NCBI RefSeq assembly: GCF_021246445.1
Contig: NZ_JAJQXW010000003.1
Span: 186,001 to 250,000 of the forward strand
Length of the DNA: 64,000 nt
From: Rhabdothermincola salaria
Lineage (GTDB): Bacteria; Actinomycetota; Acidimicrobiia; Acidimicrobiales; Acidimicrobilacustridaceae
Direction: 5' to 3'
The translations under genes and the position numbers were made by a program. Below the pieces are notes generated by a model that searched no databases, was not told the origin of the DNA, and saw nothing but the letters and a program-made list of their open reading frames with translations. Shown in pieces: positions 60,105 through 64,000 of the stretch; position 1 is the stretch's first letter, and the number at the start of each line of letters is the position of its first letter.

Positions 60105-60929
60105 ATGGCCGCCGTGATCGACACCGAGCAGTACCGGGTCCAACCGGGCACGAGATTGCACCTCCCCGACTGGCCCACCAAGACCACCAACGGCTTCGAC
60201 GGCGGCAAGGCCGACGCCAAGGCCTGCCTGGAGGAGCTCAACCTCCGCCTCACCGACCTGCAGCAGCTGCTCTACGCCGAGGGCAAGCACAAGATGCTGG
60301 TGGTGCTCCAGGGGATGGACACGTCCGGCAAGGACGGCACCATCAAGCACGTCTTCAAGACCATCAACCCCCTCGGGGTCAAGGTCGCCAACTTCAAGAA
60401 GCCCAACGAGGTCGAGCTGGCCCACGACTTCTTGTGGCGGGTCCACACCCACGCTCCCCGCAACGGTCGCATCGCCATCTTCAACCGCAGCCACTACGAG
60501 GACGTGCTCATCGTCCGCGTCCACGACATGGTGCCCGACGACGTGTGGCGGCCCCGCTTCGAGCACATCCGCAACTTCGAGCAGATGCTGGTGGACGAGG
60601 GCACCGTCGTCGTGAAGTTCTTCCTGCACATCTCGCGTTCCGAGCAGAAGGAACGGCTCGAAGAACGGCTGGAGAACCCGGCCAAGCAGTGGAAGTTCGA
60701 GCACGGCGACATCAGCGAGCGGGCCCACTGGGACGACTACACCACGGCCTACGAGGACGCCATCACCACCAGCGCCACCGTGGGGGCCCCCTGGTACATC
60801 GTCCCCTCCGACCGCAAGTGGTACCGCAACCTGGTGGTCTCCCAGGTCCTCATCAACGCCCTCGAGGACCTCGACATGAGCTACCCCGATCCCATCGACG
60901 GCATCGAGAACATCCGCATCGAGGACTGA
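60105..60929 (+). CDS. ppk2: Polyphosphate kinase 2 family protein (class III-like)
   Basis: QGMDTSGKDG, HDFLWR, FNRSHYEDVL, KFFLHIS, PWYIVPSDRKWYR. Confidence 0.92.
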   Translation: MAAVIDTEQYRVQPGTRLHLPDWPTKTTNGFDGGKADAKACLEELNLRLTDLQQLLYAEGKHKMLVVLQGMDTSGKDGTIKHVFKTINPLGVKVANFKKPNEVELAHDFLWRVHTHAPRNGRIAIFNRSHYEDVLIVRVHDMVPDDVWRPRFEHIRNFEQMLVDEGTVVVKFFLHISRSEQKERLEERLENPAKQWKFEHGDISERAHWDDYTTAYEDAITTSATVGAPWYIVPSDRKWYRNLVVSQVLINALEDLDMSYPDPIDGIENIRIED

Positions 60930-60931
60930 AC

Positions 60932-60971
60932 GCGACACGGGGGAGCACCCGCAGGTGCTCCCCCGTGTCGC
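60932..60971. terminator. Bidirectional terminator between ppk2 and atpC
   Basis: Perfect 18-bp stem GCGACACGGGGGAGCACC-CGCA-GGTGCTCCCCCGTGTCGC. Confidence 0.85.
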
Positions 60972-61013
60972 TGGTCAGTGCTCCCGTTCGGGGCATGGAG
61001 CCCCGACGGGTTC

Positions 61014-61411
61014 TCAGCCGACGGTCTGGCCGGTGGCCACCAGTCGGGCGTGGGCCCGACGCAGGCCGGCTTCGGCCTCGACGTCCTCGCCCTTGGCCAC
61101 GGCGGCCTCGTGGCGCTCCTTGGCCTGACGGGCCCGGTCGGCGTCGATGGCGCTGGCCATCTCGGCGAGGTTCGAGAGGATCTTCACCTGGTCGTTGCTC
61201 ACCTCGATGAAGCCACCGTGCACGGCCGCCAGCTCGGTGCCGCCGTCGACGAGGGCGATCTCGAGGGTCCAGGTGGCCAGTGCCCCCACGAACGGCGCGT
61301 GGCCGGGCAGGAAGGCGATGTCGCCACCGCCGACCGTGCGGGCGCGCACCATGGTGGCGTCCCCGGCGAACAGCGTGCGCTCGGGCGACACGAGTTCGAC
61401 GTGCAGTGGCA

Positions 61412-61412
<1 letters not shown>
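61014..61412 (-). CDS. atpC: F1Fo ATP synthase epsilon subunit
   Basis: VELVSPER, LPGHAP, GGFIEV. Confidence 0.95.
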
Positions 61413-63860
<2,448 letters not shown>

Positions 63861-63863
63861 GGA

Positions 63864-64000
63864 TCAGGCCTCTTCCTCGCGCCGGACCTCGGTCTCGGGC
63901 AGCGTGGCTTCGGCGAGTCCGCCGGCTCGGGCCAGCTCGGCCTCGCCCTGGTCCTCGGCGTCGGGGATGGTGCCGCCGCCGGGGGTGCTGGCGGCGAACT
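63864..64000 (-). CDS. atpA: F1Fo ATP synthase alpha subunit, C-terminal end (partial)
   Basis: Open frame FAASTPGGG..TEVRREEEA* ending 3 nt before atpG; assigned from operon position. Confidence 0.75.
   Translation of the reverse strand, partial: FAASTPGGGTIPDAEDQGEAELARAGGLAEATLPETEVRREEEA

Overview
High-GC actinobacterial chromosome segment, probably Acidimicrobiia-like (inferred from gene content and style). It is mostly housekeeping and metabolic genes: kgd, ettA, cysQ, nucS, ppgK, the AmmeMemoRadiSam trio, pgi, gnd, a Pat-type acetyltransferase, lipid/steroid-catabolic genes (WS/DGAT, FadD19-like, FadE31/32-like), ppk2 and atpA(partial)-atpG-atpD-atpC. No rRNA, tRNA, CRISPR array, transposase or integrase was recognised. 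The main finding is a ~5.2 kb accessory block (about 15930-21150) between an MFS gene and nucS. There, nine short unrelated gene units in mixed orientation are each separated by a co-oriented, degenerate 26-30 bp imperfect palindrome (consensus GYRYCNCC-N2-5-CCGGCG-HTM-NGRGRCRC). There is one gene or gene pair per interval, some stop codons sit inside the sites, and several units carry their own promoter. This looks like a gene-cassette array with a site type that is not classical attC and no recombinase in the window; that interpretation is inference from an alignment done by eye. Secondary findings include a NYN-RNase/S1/histone-H1-like fusion with an internal in-frame start, an 8-bp tandem repeat upstream of nucS, widespread leaderless promoters, palindromic operators, an unannotated 28-aa membrane peptide and C-terminal extensions on ATP synthase alpha and gamma.
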